Source of the DNA: Candidatus Sericytochromatia bacterium | Lineage (GTDB): Bacteria > Cyanobacteriota > Sericytochromatia > S15B-MN24 > VGJW01 | DNA: 64,000 nucleotides | Direction of reading: 5' to 3' | NCBI GenBank assembly: GCA_035285865.1 | Contig: JAYKHS010000003.1 | Location: 1 to 64,000, forward strand | Part shown: piece by piece, positions 46,072 to 55,783 of the stretch | How the letters are laid out: the number at the start of each line of letters is the position of its first letter | How positions within the stretch are numbered: position 1 is the first letter of the stretch | The notes under the pieces: model-generated | Told to the model about the DNA's origin: nothing | The model's input: the letters and a program-made list of their open reading frames with translations, nothing else | The model's database searches: none | Translations under genes and position numbers: made by a program

Positions 46072-47058
46072 TCAGTCGTCCTCGCGCAGCCGCCAGGACA
46101 CGGCGGTACGCCACCACAACTCGGGTTCGGCAGCGTCGGCGCGTTTCCGCCACGTCAATCCGGTGACGGCCTGAGTGTGGTCGTCGGGTGCCGCGCCAAC
46201 CCCAATCCCGGCCTCCCAGGATGCCGAAGCCTCCGCGGCAGGCTGCGTGCCGCGCAACCCGCGACCCGACAGGACCACCCACGAACCCGTGGCCTGAGGC
46301 GCGGCGTCGCCCGTCCACCACAAGCGGAGTTCCGCCTGGCCGGCAACGTCGATACCGACGGCCGCAGAGGACGAGGCGCCACCCGAGAGGTGCCACGAGA
46401 CCGGGCCGACGTGGTCATGCACCATGGCCATGACCTGCTGATCATCCGCGAAGTTGAATCTTCCCCCTAATGCCCACGTCCCGAGTCCGGGCACACGCGC
46501 CCGCAGGCGTCCATGCAGCGCGGGGCCTCGCCCCCAGTAGGCCGGGACGATCGGCCCCGGCCTGCTGCCGGCACCGCCCAGCCAGCCCTCCGAGGCCACG
46601 GCGGCCACGGCGGCGCCAATCTCGGCGCCATCCGCATCACCCAGGTCAAGAGCGGTCGAGGCCCCCAGGCCCGCCGGCTCGAGCAGCCCCGAAGCCCCCA
46701 TCAATCCGCCCGGGAACCACTGCCCGAAGGAGGTACGGTCTTCCAGTTCCTGCCACGGCAGGCGCACCTGCCCTCCGGAAACGGCAAGACGGCCCGCCGG
46801 ACGCCACGTCACCGAGGCCTCGCGGATTCCGACGCCCTGACGGCCTGCGGTCTCGGCAGGCAGGACGCCCAGCACCACCTTGCCGTCCAGGCCGGGCAGC
46901 AGCGTGACGCCCACCCCGCCACGCAGGGCCGGCGTGAGGACCTGCGGTGCCTGGGAAGCCGTGGAGGGCGATGGCGGCAGGGACAGGTAGCCCACGTCGA
47001 TACGGGCAACGGGCTGCAGATCGAACGCCATCAGGGGTACAGGTGCACCTTCCGCCAA
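46072..47058 (-). CDS. Putative porin-like outer-membrane beta-barrel protein
   Basis: Alternating beta-strand pattern; IREASVTWRP....VSGGQVRLPW recalls porin O/P motifs; no clear signal peptide, start uncertain. Confidence 0.5.
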   Translation of the reverse strand: MAEGAPVPLMAFDLQPVARIDVGYLSLPPSPSTASQAPQVLTPALRGGVGVTLLPGLDGKVVLGVLPAETAGRQGVGIREASVTWRPAGRLAVSGGQVRLPWQELEDRTSFGQWFPGGLMGASGLLEPAGLGASTALDLGDADGAEIGAAVAAVASEGWLGGAGSRPGPIVPAYWGRGPALHGRLRARVPGLGTWALGGRFNFADDQQVMAMVHDHVGPVSWHLSGGASSSAAVGIDVAGQAELRLWWTGDAAPQATGSWVVLSGRGLRGTQPAAEASASWEAGIGVGAAPDDHTQAVTGLTWRKRADAAEPELWWRTAVSWRLREDD

Positions 47059-48311
47059 TGTGGCTCATGGGCTGCAAGGCCCGCGGTCCAAGCCTCCAGC
47101 AAGGCACCGGCGGGCCGGCCCTCGGACAGGCCCTTCCTGAGGCGGTCGGTTCCCGCCATGCGGTCGAAGCCTCGGCTCTCCAGACCCAGCGCATCCCCAT
47201 GGCGCTTGCGAATCCAGGCCAAGGCATGCACCGCAAGCGTCACGGGACGGAATCGGCGGGCGTCCGTCACCTCGAGCACCACGGCCTCGAACGGCGTCGC
47301 CGCGGCCTCACGGTCGAGGGCTCGCGGGCCCGGCGCGGAGGTCCACAGATCCCGCGTCCGCAGGGTGCCCGCCGGCAGAACACGCACCGTGACCGCGACG
47401 CCGGGCAGGGCCAGTCCGGCCAGATGGTCCCCGAGTCCCCGTACATCCAGCCAAGGCGCCGCCCACGCGGTGAACGGCCGATCACCCACGCGGACATCGA
47501 CTCGCGTGGCCTCGAAGAAACATGCTCCGGGATAGAGCAAGGCGGACTCCATCGAGGTCATCGCCGGGCTGGGCGAGGTCCAGGCACGGTCCAGATCCGA
47601 CCACAGGTCCCGACGCCGCAGGCCCTCGACAGGTACGATCTCGAGCTGCCCGCCGACCTCGGCATGGAACCAGCGCGCAAGCTCCCCGAGCGTCAGACCG
47701 TGCCGCACGGCCACGGTAGCCGGCCCCGTGAAGGACAGGAAGGCCGGTTCCAGCACGCCACCCTCCACGACCTCCCCCCCGAGCGGGTTCGGGCGATCGA
47801 GCACGATGGTGCGCAGGCCCCGATCAGCGGCCGCCTCCATGACCTTCCGCAAGGTTGCGCCGTAGGTGTAGAAGCGTGCGCCCACGTCCTGCAAGTCGAC
47901 AACCAGCGCATCGAGGCCGGCGAGATCCTCGGCCGAGGGCTTCAGCCGAGAACCATACAGGCTTCGGACAGGCAACGACTGCGTGCCCGTCGGCGTCGGC
48001 ATGACCACCTGGCCATCCTGGATGCGCCCCTGCAAGGCGGCGTCCAGACCGTGCTCGGGCGTGAAGAGGCGCACCACCTGCCACGGGCCCCTGGCCACCA
48101 GCGCCAGCACATCTCGCTCCCCCGAACGTGTCACGGCGGCTCCGTGGGTGACGAGGCCGACCTTGAGACCGGCTGGCTGGGGCCACATCCCTTCAAGGAC
48201 GCGTTCCGCTCCGGTCCGGATGATGCGGTCGGGCGCTGGTGCCGCGCCGGCGACGATCCCGTGAACCAGCAGCCCGAGCAGCCACGGCCGCACCGCCCGG
48301 AAAGCGCTCAT
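47031..48311 (-). CDS. namZ: Exo-beta-N-acetylmuramidase NamZ (DUF1343)
   Basis: LFTPEHG, SLYG, DLQDVGARFYTY, VLDRPNPLGG, RHGLTLGELA, SPSPAM. Confidence 0.9.
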   Translation of the reverse strand: MSAFRAVRPWLLGLLVHGIVAGAAPAPDRIIRTGAERVLEGMWPQPAGLKVGLVTHGAAVTRSGERDVLALVARGPWQVVRLFTPEHGLDAALQGRIQDGQVVMPTPTGTQSLPVRSLYGSRLKPSAEDLAGLDALVVDLQDVGARFYTYGATLRKVMEAAADRGLRTIVLDRPNPLGGEVVEGGVLEPAFLSFTGPATVAVRHGLTLGELARWFHAEVGGQLEIVPVEGLRRRDLWSDLDRAWTSPSPAMTSMESALLYPGACFFEATRVDVRVGDRPFTAWAAPWLDVRGLGDHLAGLALPGVAVTVRVLPAGTLRTRDLWTSAPGPRALDREAAATPFEAVVLEVTDARRFRPVTLAVHALAWIRKRHGDALGLESRGFDRMAGTDRLRKGLSEGRPAGALLEAWTAGLAAHEPHWRKVHLYP

Positions 48312-48329
48312 CCTGCCGGCTGACAAGGG

Positions 48330-50987
48330 TTAGGCCTCGAGCAACTGGAGACGCCTGACGAGGGCACGTTCCTGGTCGGCGACCTCGGTGGCCCGGTGAC
48401 GGAGCTTGTCGACCACGGCGACGGGGGCCTTCGAAACGAAAGCCTCGTTCGCCAACTGGCCGGCCAGTCGGGCGGCTTCGGCCTTGGCAGCCTCCAACGC
48501 CTGACCGAGGCGCACACGCTCCTTGTCCAGGTCCAGCAAGCCGCCCAAGGGCAGATGCACCGTCACCCCCCGCACCACCACCGAGGCACTGCCTTGGCCA
48601 GGGAATGGCTCATCCTGGAAGGAGAGGGTCTCGGCACGCGCGAGCAAGGCCACGACTTCCGCCAAGGCCCGCAGCCCGGCCGTATCCGCCGATGCGCCCT
48701 CGACGACGAGGCGCTCGGCCTTCTTTGCGGGCGGCACGTCCAGCTCCTGACGCAAGGTCCGGACGGCACGCACGACCTCGATGGCCCGTTCGAACACCTC
48801 CTCGGCCTCGAGATCCCGCTGTCCTGCAGCGGGCCAACGGCGACGAAGCAGCGTGTCCACAGGCTCGGCCAGACCGGCGCGCACCATCTGGGCATGGACC
48901 TCCTCGGACAGGAAGGGCACGAAAGGATGCAGCAGGGCCAGAAGGTCGACGAGCACCCGGCGCAGCGTGGCCTGGGCTGCGAGGTCCCCGGCCCGCAGGC
49001 GCGGCTTGGCCGCCTCGAGCCACCAGTCGCAGAACTCGAACCACGCGAAGGTCTGCAACGCTTCGGTGGCCAGATGCAACTGGAAGCTCTCGAGCGCACG
49101 ATCCACCTGCTGGATGGTCCGGTCCAGGCAGGACAGGATCCAGCGGTCCTCGAGGGCAACGGACGGAGGCTGGGCGACGAGGCGCTCCCACGCTCCTGCA
49201 CCCTCGGGCAAGGACATCATCGAAAACCGGGCAGCATTCCAGACCTTGTTGCAGAAGTTGCGGGCCGCCTCGATCTTCTCGGGCATGAAGTTCACGTCCT
49301 GAGCGGCCGTGCCTGCCCCGGCCATCCACCATCGGCAGGCATCCGTGCCGTACTGTTCCATCATGTCCAGCGGGTCCACGCCCGTGCCCTTGGACTTGCT
49401 CATCCGCTTGCCGTCCCGGGTCATGATGGTGGCGTGGATGACCACGTCCCGGAAGGGCAGCTTGCCTGTAAGCTCAAGCGACATGAAGACCATCCTCGCG
49501 ACCCAGAGGGCCATGATGTCCCGGGCAGTCGAGAGCAGCTGGGCCGGGAAGTAATGGTCACCAGCAGGCGTTTGCTCCGGCCAGCCCTGTGTCGCGAAGG
49601 GCCACAGCGCGCTCGAGAACCAGGTGTCCAGCACGTCGGGGTCCTGAGTGACGGCTGCCCCGCAATCGGGACACGCCTCGAGGTCGTCGACCGAGGCGCG
49701 GACATGGCCTTCCGTGCAGGTGAACACCGGAATGCGATGGCCCCACCAGAGCTGTCGCGAGATGCACCAGTCCCGGACATTGCGCAACCAGTCGAGATAG
49801 ACGTCCCTCCAGCGCTCGGGGTGGAAGCGCAGTTCGCCGGATTCGGCGACGGCGATGGCCGGCCCGGCGAGATCGGCCATGCGCACCCACCACTGCTCCG
49901 AAAGCCGGGGCTCGATGACGGTGGCGCAGCGCTCGCAAGTGCCCACCTGATGGACATACGGCTCGCTGGCCACGAGCAGGCCTTCGCGCTCGAGTGCCGC
50001 GACGAAGCGAGCACGCGCCTCGAAACGGTCCGCACCAGCCCACGGTTCGCCGGTCCACTCCTCCATCCGACCGTCAGCCGTCAGGAGATCGAGCACCTCC
50101 AGTCCGTGACGTTGACCGATTTCCCAATCGTTGGGGTCGTGGGCCGGCGTCACCTTCAGGCCGCCGGTGCCGAACTCGGGATCGACGTAGGTGTCGGCAA
50201 TGACGGGCACCGTGCGGCCCGAGAGCGGCACACGCACGCGCCGGCCAAGCAAGGCGGCATGACGGGCATCCTCCGGATGCACCGCGACGGCCGTGTCCGC
50301 GAGGATGGTCTCAGGACGGACCGTCGCAATCTCGATGGCTCCGTCGCCGTCCTCAGCCACATAACGCACCCGGTAAAGGCGCCCCTCGCGCTCCTCGTGC
50401 TTGACCTCCAGATCGGAGAGGCTGGTCAGGCAACGCGGGCACCAGTTGATCATCCGCTTGCCGCGGAAGACCAGGCCCTTCTCGAAGAGCCGCACGAAGG
50501 CGGTGCGCACAGCCAGGCTGTAGGCCGGGTCCATCGTGAACTGCCAGCGATCGAAATCGAGCGATGCCCCCAGCCGACGGAACTGGTTGATGATCTGGTT
50601 GCCTGAGGCTTCCTTCCAATCCCAGACCCTTTCGAGGAAAGCCTCACGTCCCAGATCGTGCCGCGTCTTGCCTTCCTCGCGGTGCAACTTGCGCTCCACG
50701 ACCATTTGCGTGGAGATGCCAGCATGGTCCGTGCCCGGCTGCCAACGGACCACATGGCCCTTCATGCGCATGGAACGAGCCAGAACGTCCTGCAGCGTTC
50801 CGTTGACGGCGTGCCCCATGTGCAGGGCTCCCGTGACATTGGGGGGCGGACAAGGCGCAGTCCACGTCGGTCCCGCGGGGACGTCGGGGCTGGAAAATGC
50901 ACCCAGCTCCTGCCATCGCCCGAGCCAGAAGGACTCGACAGTCCCCGGTTCATAGGCCTTGGCCATCCCGGTCTCGACCTGCTCCAT
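48330..50987 (-). CDS. valS: Valine--tRNA ligase
   Basis: PPPNVTGALHMGHA, DWCISRQLWWGHRIP, DVLDTWFSS, RMSKSKG, C-terminal FVSKAP coiled coil. Confidence 0.98.
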   Translation of the reverse strand: MEQVETGMAKAYEPGTVESFWLGRWQELGAFSSPDVPAGPTWTAPCPPPNVTGALHMGHAVNGTLQDVLARSMRMKGHVVRWQPGTDHAGISTQMVVERKLHREEGKTRHDLGREAFLERVWDWKEASGNQIINQFRRLGASLDFDRWQFTMDPAYSLAVRTAFVRLFEKGLVFRGKRMINWCPRCLTSLSDLEVKHEEREGRLYRVRYVAEDGDGAIEIATVRPETILADTAVAVHPEDARHAALLGRRVRVPLSGRTVPVIADTYVDPEFGTGGLKVTPAHDPNDWEIGQRHGLEVLDLLTADGRMEEWTGEPWAGADRFEARARFVAALEREGLLVASEPYVHQVGTCERCATVIEPRLSEQWWVRMADLAGPAIAVAESGELRFHPERWRDVYLDWLRNVRDWCISRQLWWGHRIPVFTCTEGHVRASVDDLEACPDCGAAVTQDPDVLDTWFSSALWPFATQGWPEQTPAGDHYFPAQLLSTARDIMALWVARMVFMSLELTGKLPFRDVVIHATIMTRDGKRMSKSKGTGVDPLDMMEQYGTDACRWWMAGAGTAAQDVNFMPEKIEAARNFCNKVWNAARFSMMSLPEGAGAWERLVAQPPSVALEDRWILSCLDRTIQQVDRALESFQLHLATEALQTFAWFEFCDWWLEAAKPRLRAGDLAAQATLRRVLVDLLALLHPFVPFLSEEVHAQMVRAGLAEPVDTLLRRRWPAAGQRDLEAEEVFERAIEVVRAVRTLRQELDVPPAKKAERLVVEGASADTAGLRALAEVVALLARAETLSFQDEPFPGQGSASVVVRGVTVHLPLGGLLDLDKERVRLGQALEAAKAEAARLAGQLANEAFVSKAPVAVVDKLRHRATEVADQERALVRRLQLLEA

Positions 50988-51089
50988 CACGGCCTCCCCG
51001 CCCCAGCGCAAGGGGTCATGCTACCACGGCCCTGCCCCCCCAAAGCGCGACGGACCCTGCTGAGAGGGTCCGTCACGGAGCGTCGTGGG

Positions 51090-54053
51090 CTACTTGCCGG
51101 CCAGCAACTCGGCCATCCTGGACGCCGTGGACTCGTCCACGTACTCGTTGATGGCGTACTCGCCACTGGCGAGTCGGTAGGACTGCTTGAGGCCCTGCTT
51201 TTGCTTGAAGGCGATGACGGCCTCGGCCGTCGCATCGTCGAACTGACCGCTCGCTGCGACCTTGAAGCCCAGCTTGCCGAGCACCAGTTGCAAGCTGCGA
51301 ATGGTATCCGCATCGCCGGTGTCGGGACCGACAGCCGCCTGCGGATACGAGGCCACCTCGACCACAAAGGCCTCGATGTTCGCCCGATCGGCCTTGAGGC
51401 CGTACTGCTTGGCGTATTCTGCCACCTGGGCGTCGGTCATCCGCTTGTCCGAAGGCGCAGCAGGCTTGTCCGCAGGCTTTGCCGGGACGGGCTTGTCCGC
51501 AGGCTTCGTCGCGGCAGGCTTGTCCGCAGGCTTGGCAGGCTGGGCCGGAGCCGCCTGCTGCCCGGGAAGTCCCTTGGCGTCGGCAGGCATCTTCAGGGTC
51601 TGGCCGATGTGGATCATGTTGGCATTGGCACCGATGAGCTCCTTGTTGAGCTCGTAGATCTCACGCCACCGTGCTTCGCTGCCCAGGTAGCGCCGTGCGA
51701 TCCCGGACAATCCAGCCTGACGATCTTCCTTGGTGACGGCGTAGGACAGCTCCTTGGGAGCCTCCGGCTCGGCCGGCGCCTCGGGATCGACGATCTTCGG
51801 CTCTTCGACCGGCGTCTCGGCCGCAGGCTCCTCGGCAACGGGCTTGGTCGCGACAGGATCCTCCGCGGCCGGCTTGCCAATCACGGGCTCCTCCTCGGAG
51901 GGGACATCGACAGCAGGCTCTTCGAGGGTCGGCTCGGCCTTGACCTTGACGGGCTGCCCGGCGCGCTCACCGGCCTTCATCGCCTCCACGAGGAGGGCCG
52001 CCGTGCGGTCATCGACATACTCGTTGACGGCGGGTTGGCCGTCGGCCAGGCGATAGGACTGCGTGATGCCGTGACGCTGCTTGAAGTCGATGACCGCTTC
52101 AGCCGTGGCATCGTCGAAGGTGCCGGAAGGCTCGACCTTGTAGCCGTAGGCCCGCAGAACCGTCTGCAGCTGGCGCACCTGCTCGGGAGAACCGGTGTCG
52201 GGCCCGATGGAATCCGTCTCGTAGCTACGGATCTCCTGCACGAACGCCTCTACGTTACGAGATGTGGGCAACAGACCGTAACGCTCGGCGACGGCCTGGA
52301 TGCGCTCCTCGGAGAGCGGACCGTCTGCGGAGGGCTCGTCGGTCGCCGACGGACGGTCCACGTACAGATCGTCGTAGTCGCGGCGCACGTCACCGAGAGT
52401 GCCCTGACCGACACGATTGGCCAGCCCGGCGACGCCCAGCGCAGGGACGAACAGTGAGGCAGGAGTCGCGAGTGCCGCTGCGGCAAGGGTGCCGGGCGCC
52501 TTGATGATTGACTGGATCAGCTCGGATACCGTCATCGACCCGACGGCCGTGAGTCCGCGGCCGATGGCCCGGACAGGTGCCGTGACAATCTGCCCGACGT
52601 TGATGGTCGAAAGCGTGGCTGCCGCAGAGCGCAGGACCTCACCAGCGGAAGAGATGACCTTGCCCGGCAGGCGGACTGGCGCCAGGATCAGGTCCTTCAG
52701 CGTCATCTGGCCGATCTGACTGACGACGTTGCCGATGCGGCCCGCAGCGGAAGCCACCTCGTTGCCGAGGTAAGTGCCCACCTTGACGGTGCCGGCGATG
52801 CCGCGGTCCACGCCCTTGCCGACGAACCGAGCACCGTTGACCAGGGGGCGCTCGACGAAATTCGAGCGTGCGAACCACTTGGACGCGTCGGCCGCAGCAC
52901 CCGTGAGGCGGGCGCTGTCCACCAGTTTGCGAACAGCGGCGGCATCCTTGGCGAGGCCCATGACCTCGGCAGCCTTGGCCGCGGCGGCAGCCTTGGCCGC
53001 GGGCACGGCCTGGCCGGCGGCGCGGGCCTGCCAATAGGTCTGATGCGCGGCGGCAAGACCGGCGGAACCCATCTTGTGGGTGATGCCCGCTTCCTTGAGT
53101 GCAGCCTTGGCTGCACCCGTCATCACCGGCTTCTGAGCCAGTCGCGTGGCGACACGACCCGCATCGGCCGCCTTGTCGGCACCCGAGACGACCTTGGCTG
53201 CGCCTGCGGCGGCGCGGCTGGCCACCTGTCCGGCGCCCTGCAGGGCGGACGAGGCCTTGAAGGCCGCCGTCATGCCCGAAGCCTTCATGCCCGCCTGAAC
53301 ACTGGCTCGAGCAGCGGCAATGGCCGCAGAATCACCGGCGGCAGCGACCTGGGCGGCCTTCTTGAGGACGCCGGCGTATTCCGTCAGCTTGGCGGCCTGC
53401 GCCGACAGCTTGGCGGCGTTCGCGGTCGCGCCGGAGGCCTTGGCGGCCGCTGCGGCATCCTGCAGAAGCTTGGCCTTGCCGAGGACCTTGTCGACACCGC
53501 GCGTCAGACGCATACCATAGGAAAGCTTGCCCGCGACGGTCGCGGTCTTCTCTGCAGCTGCTGCACCCTTGACGACGGCGTTGGTGGTGGTCGCCGCACC
53601 CTTGGTTGCGGCACCGACGCCCTTGGCACCGCCCGAGGCCGCGCCACCGCCGATGAAGAACGATCCGATCTCGACGATGCCCCGACCCAGGGCCTTCCCC
53701 GGTCGGCCCTCCTTGATGGCCGAGGTGTAGGGATCGACAAACGCGCTGATGAGCGCAGCGGGATGCGTGATGGCGTAGCCGATGCCCTTGATGGTCTGGA
53801 TCGGGTGGGCGATCATCGTGCCCACGCCCTTGGCCATGTCCCAGATGGCCTCGCCACCGCCGACGAAAACGTCGGCTACGTGGCCGAACAGGCCACGACC
53901 TTCCTTTTCGCGAACGTAGCCGGAATCGAGATCCTCCTCGAGCTCACGGCGGCGCGCCGGATCCACCGAAGGGAGATCGTAGCGCTCCTCCGGCAGAGCC
54001 CGCGACGGGTAACCGGAACCGCTGATCGACGAATTGGAAACGCCGGACATCAC
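51090..54053 (-). CDS. Large Ala/Gly-rich protein with two peptidoglycan-binding (PGBD-like) modules flanking a LysM domain
   Basis: VRQLQTVLRAYGY..SGTFDDATAEAVIDFKQRHG and IRSLQLVLGKLGF..SGQFDDATAEAVIAFKQKQG; LSGIARRYLGSEARWREIYELN..IHIGQTLKMP; GGAGGT RBS. Confidence 0.85.
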   Translation of the reverse strand: MMSGVSNSSISGSGYPSRALPEERYDLPSVDPARRRELEEDLDSGYVREKEGRGLFGHVADVFVGGGEAIWDMAKGVGTMIAHPIQTIKGIGYAITHPAALISAFVDPYTSAIKEGRPGKALGRGIVEIGSFFIGGGAASGGAKGVGAATKGAATTTNAVVKGAAAAEKTATVAGKLSYGMRLTRGVDKVLGKAKLLQDAAAAAKASGATANAAKLSAQAAKLTEYAGVLKKAAQVAAAGDSAAIAAARASVQAGMKASGMTAAFKASSALQGAGQVASRAAAGAAKVVSGADKAADAGRVATRLAQKPVMTGAAKAALKEAGITHKMGSAGLAAAHQTYWQARAAGQAVPAAKAAAAAKAAEVMGLAKDAAAVRKLVDSARLTGAAADASKWFARSNFVERPLVNGARFVGKGVDRGIAGTVKVGTYLGNEVASAAGRIGNVVSQIGQMTLKDLILAPVRLPGKVISSAGEVLRSAAATLSTINVGQIVTAPVRAIGRGLTAVGSMTVSELIQSIIKAPGTLAAAALATPASLFVPALGVAGLANRVGQGTLGDVRRDYDDLYVDRPSATDEPSADGPLSEERIQAVAERYGLLPTSRNVEAFVQEIRSYETDSIGPDTGSPEQVRQLQTVLRAYGYKVEPSGTFDDATAEAVIDFKQRHGITQSYRLADGQPAVNEYVDDRTAALLVEAMKAGERAGQPVKVKAEPTLEEPAVDVPSEEEPVIGKPAAEDPVATKPVAEEPAAETPVEEPKIVDPEAPAEPEAPKELSYAVTKEDRQAGLSGIARRYLGSEARWREIYELNKELIGANANMIHIGQTLKMPADAKGLPGQQAAPAQPAKPADKPAATKPADKPVPAKPADKPAAPSDKRMTDAQVAEYAKQYGLKADRANIEAFVVEVASYPQAAVGPDTGDADTIRSLQLVLGKLGFKVAASGQFDDATAEAVIAFKQKQGLKQSYRLASGEYAINEYVDESTASRMAELLAGK
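51458..51540 (-). repeat. Three GGCTTGTCCGCAGGCTT units encoding KPADKP linker repeats
   Basis: Direct repeats visible in both DNA and protein (AKPADKPAATKPADKPVPAKPADKPA). Confidence 0.8.
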
Positions 54054-54113
54054 GACCTCCTCGCAACGAGGCTTGGAACGGGATCAGGGGGGCGATGGAC
54101 GTCCCCTGTCTTC

Positions 54114-54140
54114 TTGTCGCCGGATGGGGGACCAAGCTTA
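54114..54140 (-). promoter_or_regulatory. Sigma28 (FliA/SigD/WhiG)-like promoter
   Basis: Minus strand TAAG-N15-GGCGACAA versus consensus TAAA-N15-GCCGATAA, about 60 nt before the start codon. Confidence 0.5.
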
Positions 54141-54333
54141 CGGGTCCTCGCCTGAATTTGCGTATAAATTCTGGTGAAGACCCACATCCGGGACCTCCGG
54201 ACCAAGGGCCGCCAACAGGCGACCATGGCCTCTCCGGGCATCATACCCCAATTTGACGGCTGCTTGACAGCCCCCGACACCCAAGCCGGGAACAAGCCCC
54301 GCACAAGTCTCTTTGCCGAAACTCCCTCGCCGG

Positions 54334-54756
54334 TTAACCCTGGCACGTGGAGCAGACGCCGCGGACCTCGAACTCGAACGCGGAGAGCGCGAACCCGTGC
54401 CGTTCCGCAACCTCCCGCGCCAGATCGCCGACGGCGGGCTCGGAGAACTCCAGGGGCCGCAGGCATACGACGCAGATCAGGTGGTGGTGCTGGGGATCGG
54501 CCTGACGGACCCACTCGTAGTGGCGATGGCCTTCCGTGAAGTCGTGTTCCCTGAGGTGGCCCAGGCGAACGAGCAGGTTGAGCGTCCTGTAAGTCGTCGC
54601 GAGGCTTATGCCGGCACGTCTCTGGACCAGGCGCGCGTGCAGATCCTCCGCAGACAGGTGAGTACCCGCGGGCAACTCGGCGAACGCCTCCAGAATGGCG
54701 AGGCGCTGGGGCGTGACCCGCAGGCCCGACTGCCTCAGCAGTTCGGCATCAGCCAT
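54334..54756 (-). CDS. Fur family transcriptional regulator
   Basis: GLRVTPQRLAIL, HLSAEDL, ISLATTYRTL, HHHLICVVC, GVCSTC. Confidence 0.93.
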   Translation of the reverse strand: MADAELLRQSGLRVTPQRLAILEAFAELPAGTHLSAEDLHARLVQRRAGISLATTYRTLNLLVRLGHLREHDFTEGHRHYEWVRQADPQHHHLICVVCLRPLEFSEPAVGDLAREVAERHGFALSAFEFEVRGVCSTCQG

Positions 54757-54766
54757 GCCCGATCCT

Positions 54767-55783
54767 TCAGACGGCCGCGGCCGTCTCGGCGCGCCATGGC
54801 ATCCGGATGATGAATTCGGTACCGACGTTGATCTCCGAGGCCACGTCGATGGTGCCCTTGTGCGCCACAATCAGATCCTTGACGATGGACAGACCCAGAC
54901 CCACACCACCCGTGACCCGACTGCGGGACTTGTCGACGCGGTAGAAGCGATCGAAGATGCGCGGCCTGTCGATCTCGGGAATGCCGATGCCCGTGTCGAT
55001 GACGCGCACTTCCAAACCGCCCTCGAGCATCGTGAACCGCAGCGTGACACGTCCCTCGGCAGGCGTGAACTTGATGGCGTTGTCAACCAGATTGAGGATG
55101 ACCTGATGCACGCGATCCCGATCCCAACGCACGGCCGGAACATCGTCCGGCGCCTCGAGGCGAAGATCGACATGATTCAGGGCCGCATGGGGCTCCAAGG
55201 TCGCGATCACCTCCTGGGCAAGATCCAGCGGCGAGAAGTCGGACAGGTGCAGGACCGGACGTCCGCGCAGGTTGGCGACCACCAGGATCTCGTTGACGAG
55301 GCGCGTCAGGCGCTCCGCCTCGCGCTGGATGTTGGAGGCGAACTTCGTCCGGAGCGTCTCGCTGGCCATGGCGCCCATCTGCAGAGACTCTGCCGCCATC
55401 CGAATGCTCGTGAGCGGCGTGCGCAGTTCATGTGAGACGTTGGCGACGAAATCCTGCTGCAGGCTTGCCAGGCGCTGCTGGGGACCGATGTCCGTCAGGG
55501 CCAGCACCTGACATCCTCCCGGCCGCGAAGCGGAAAGCAGCAAGACCTGGTCCTGGGCCCAATCCGGGGTGATCTGGATGGCGCCCTCGCCCTCGCGCAC
55601 CAGGACTGCGACCTCTGGAAGCGCCAGCAGCATGTCGAGGCGACGCGCTGCCTCCGCCGAATCGGCATCGTCCGACGCCACAAGGACCGCGAGGGCCGCC
55701 GCCGAGGGGCGCGGCTCGCCGCCGCTCCCCCAGCAGATTGAACCCAGAATCTGGGGAGGCAGGAACAGACCGTCAGTCGCCAT
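54767..55783 (-). CDS. Cytoplasmic PhoR/WalK-like histidine kinase
   Basis: FVANVSHELRTPLTSI, NLVDNAIKF, DTGIGI, FDRFYRVDKSRSR..GGVGLGLSI; no TM helix. Confidence 0.9.
   Translation of the reverse strand: MATDGLFLPPQILGSICWGSGGEPRPSAAALAVLVASDDADSAEAARRLDMLLALPEVAVLVREGEGAIQITPDWAQDQVLLLSASRPGGCQVLALTDIGPQQRLASLQQDFVANVSHELRTPLTSIRMAAESLQMGAMASETLRTKFASNIQREAERLTRLVNEILVVANLRGRPVLHLSDFSPLDLAQEVIATLEPHAALNHVDLRLEAPDDVPAVRWDRDRVHQVILNLVDNAIKFTPAEGRVTLRFTMLEGGLEVRVIDTGIGIPEIDRPRIFDRFYRVDKSRSRVTGGVGLGLSIVKDLIVAHKGTIDVASEINVGTEFIIRMPWRAETAAAV

Noticed and set aside
48396..50606. 736-aa plus-strand ORF
   Set aside because: Antisense shadow of valS, expected from high-GC codon bias.
51458..51540. 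CRISPR-like direct repeats
   Set aside because: In-frame coding repeats (KPADKP) with very short spacers; no cas genes.
54150..54333. c-di-GMP riboswitch or sRNA between fur and the large gene
   Set aside because: GGCAAA is present on the minus strand but the rest of the GEMM architecture is not.
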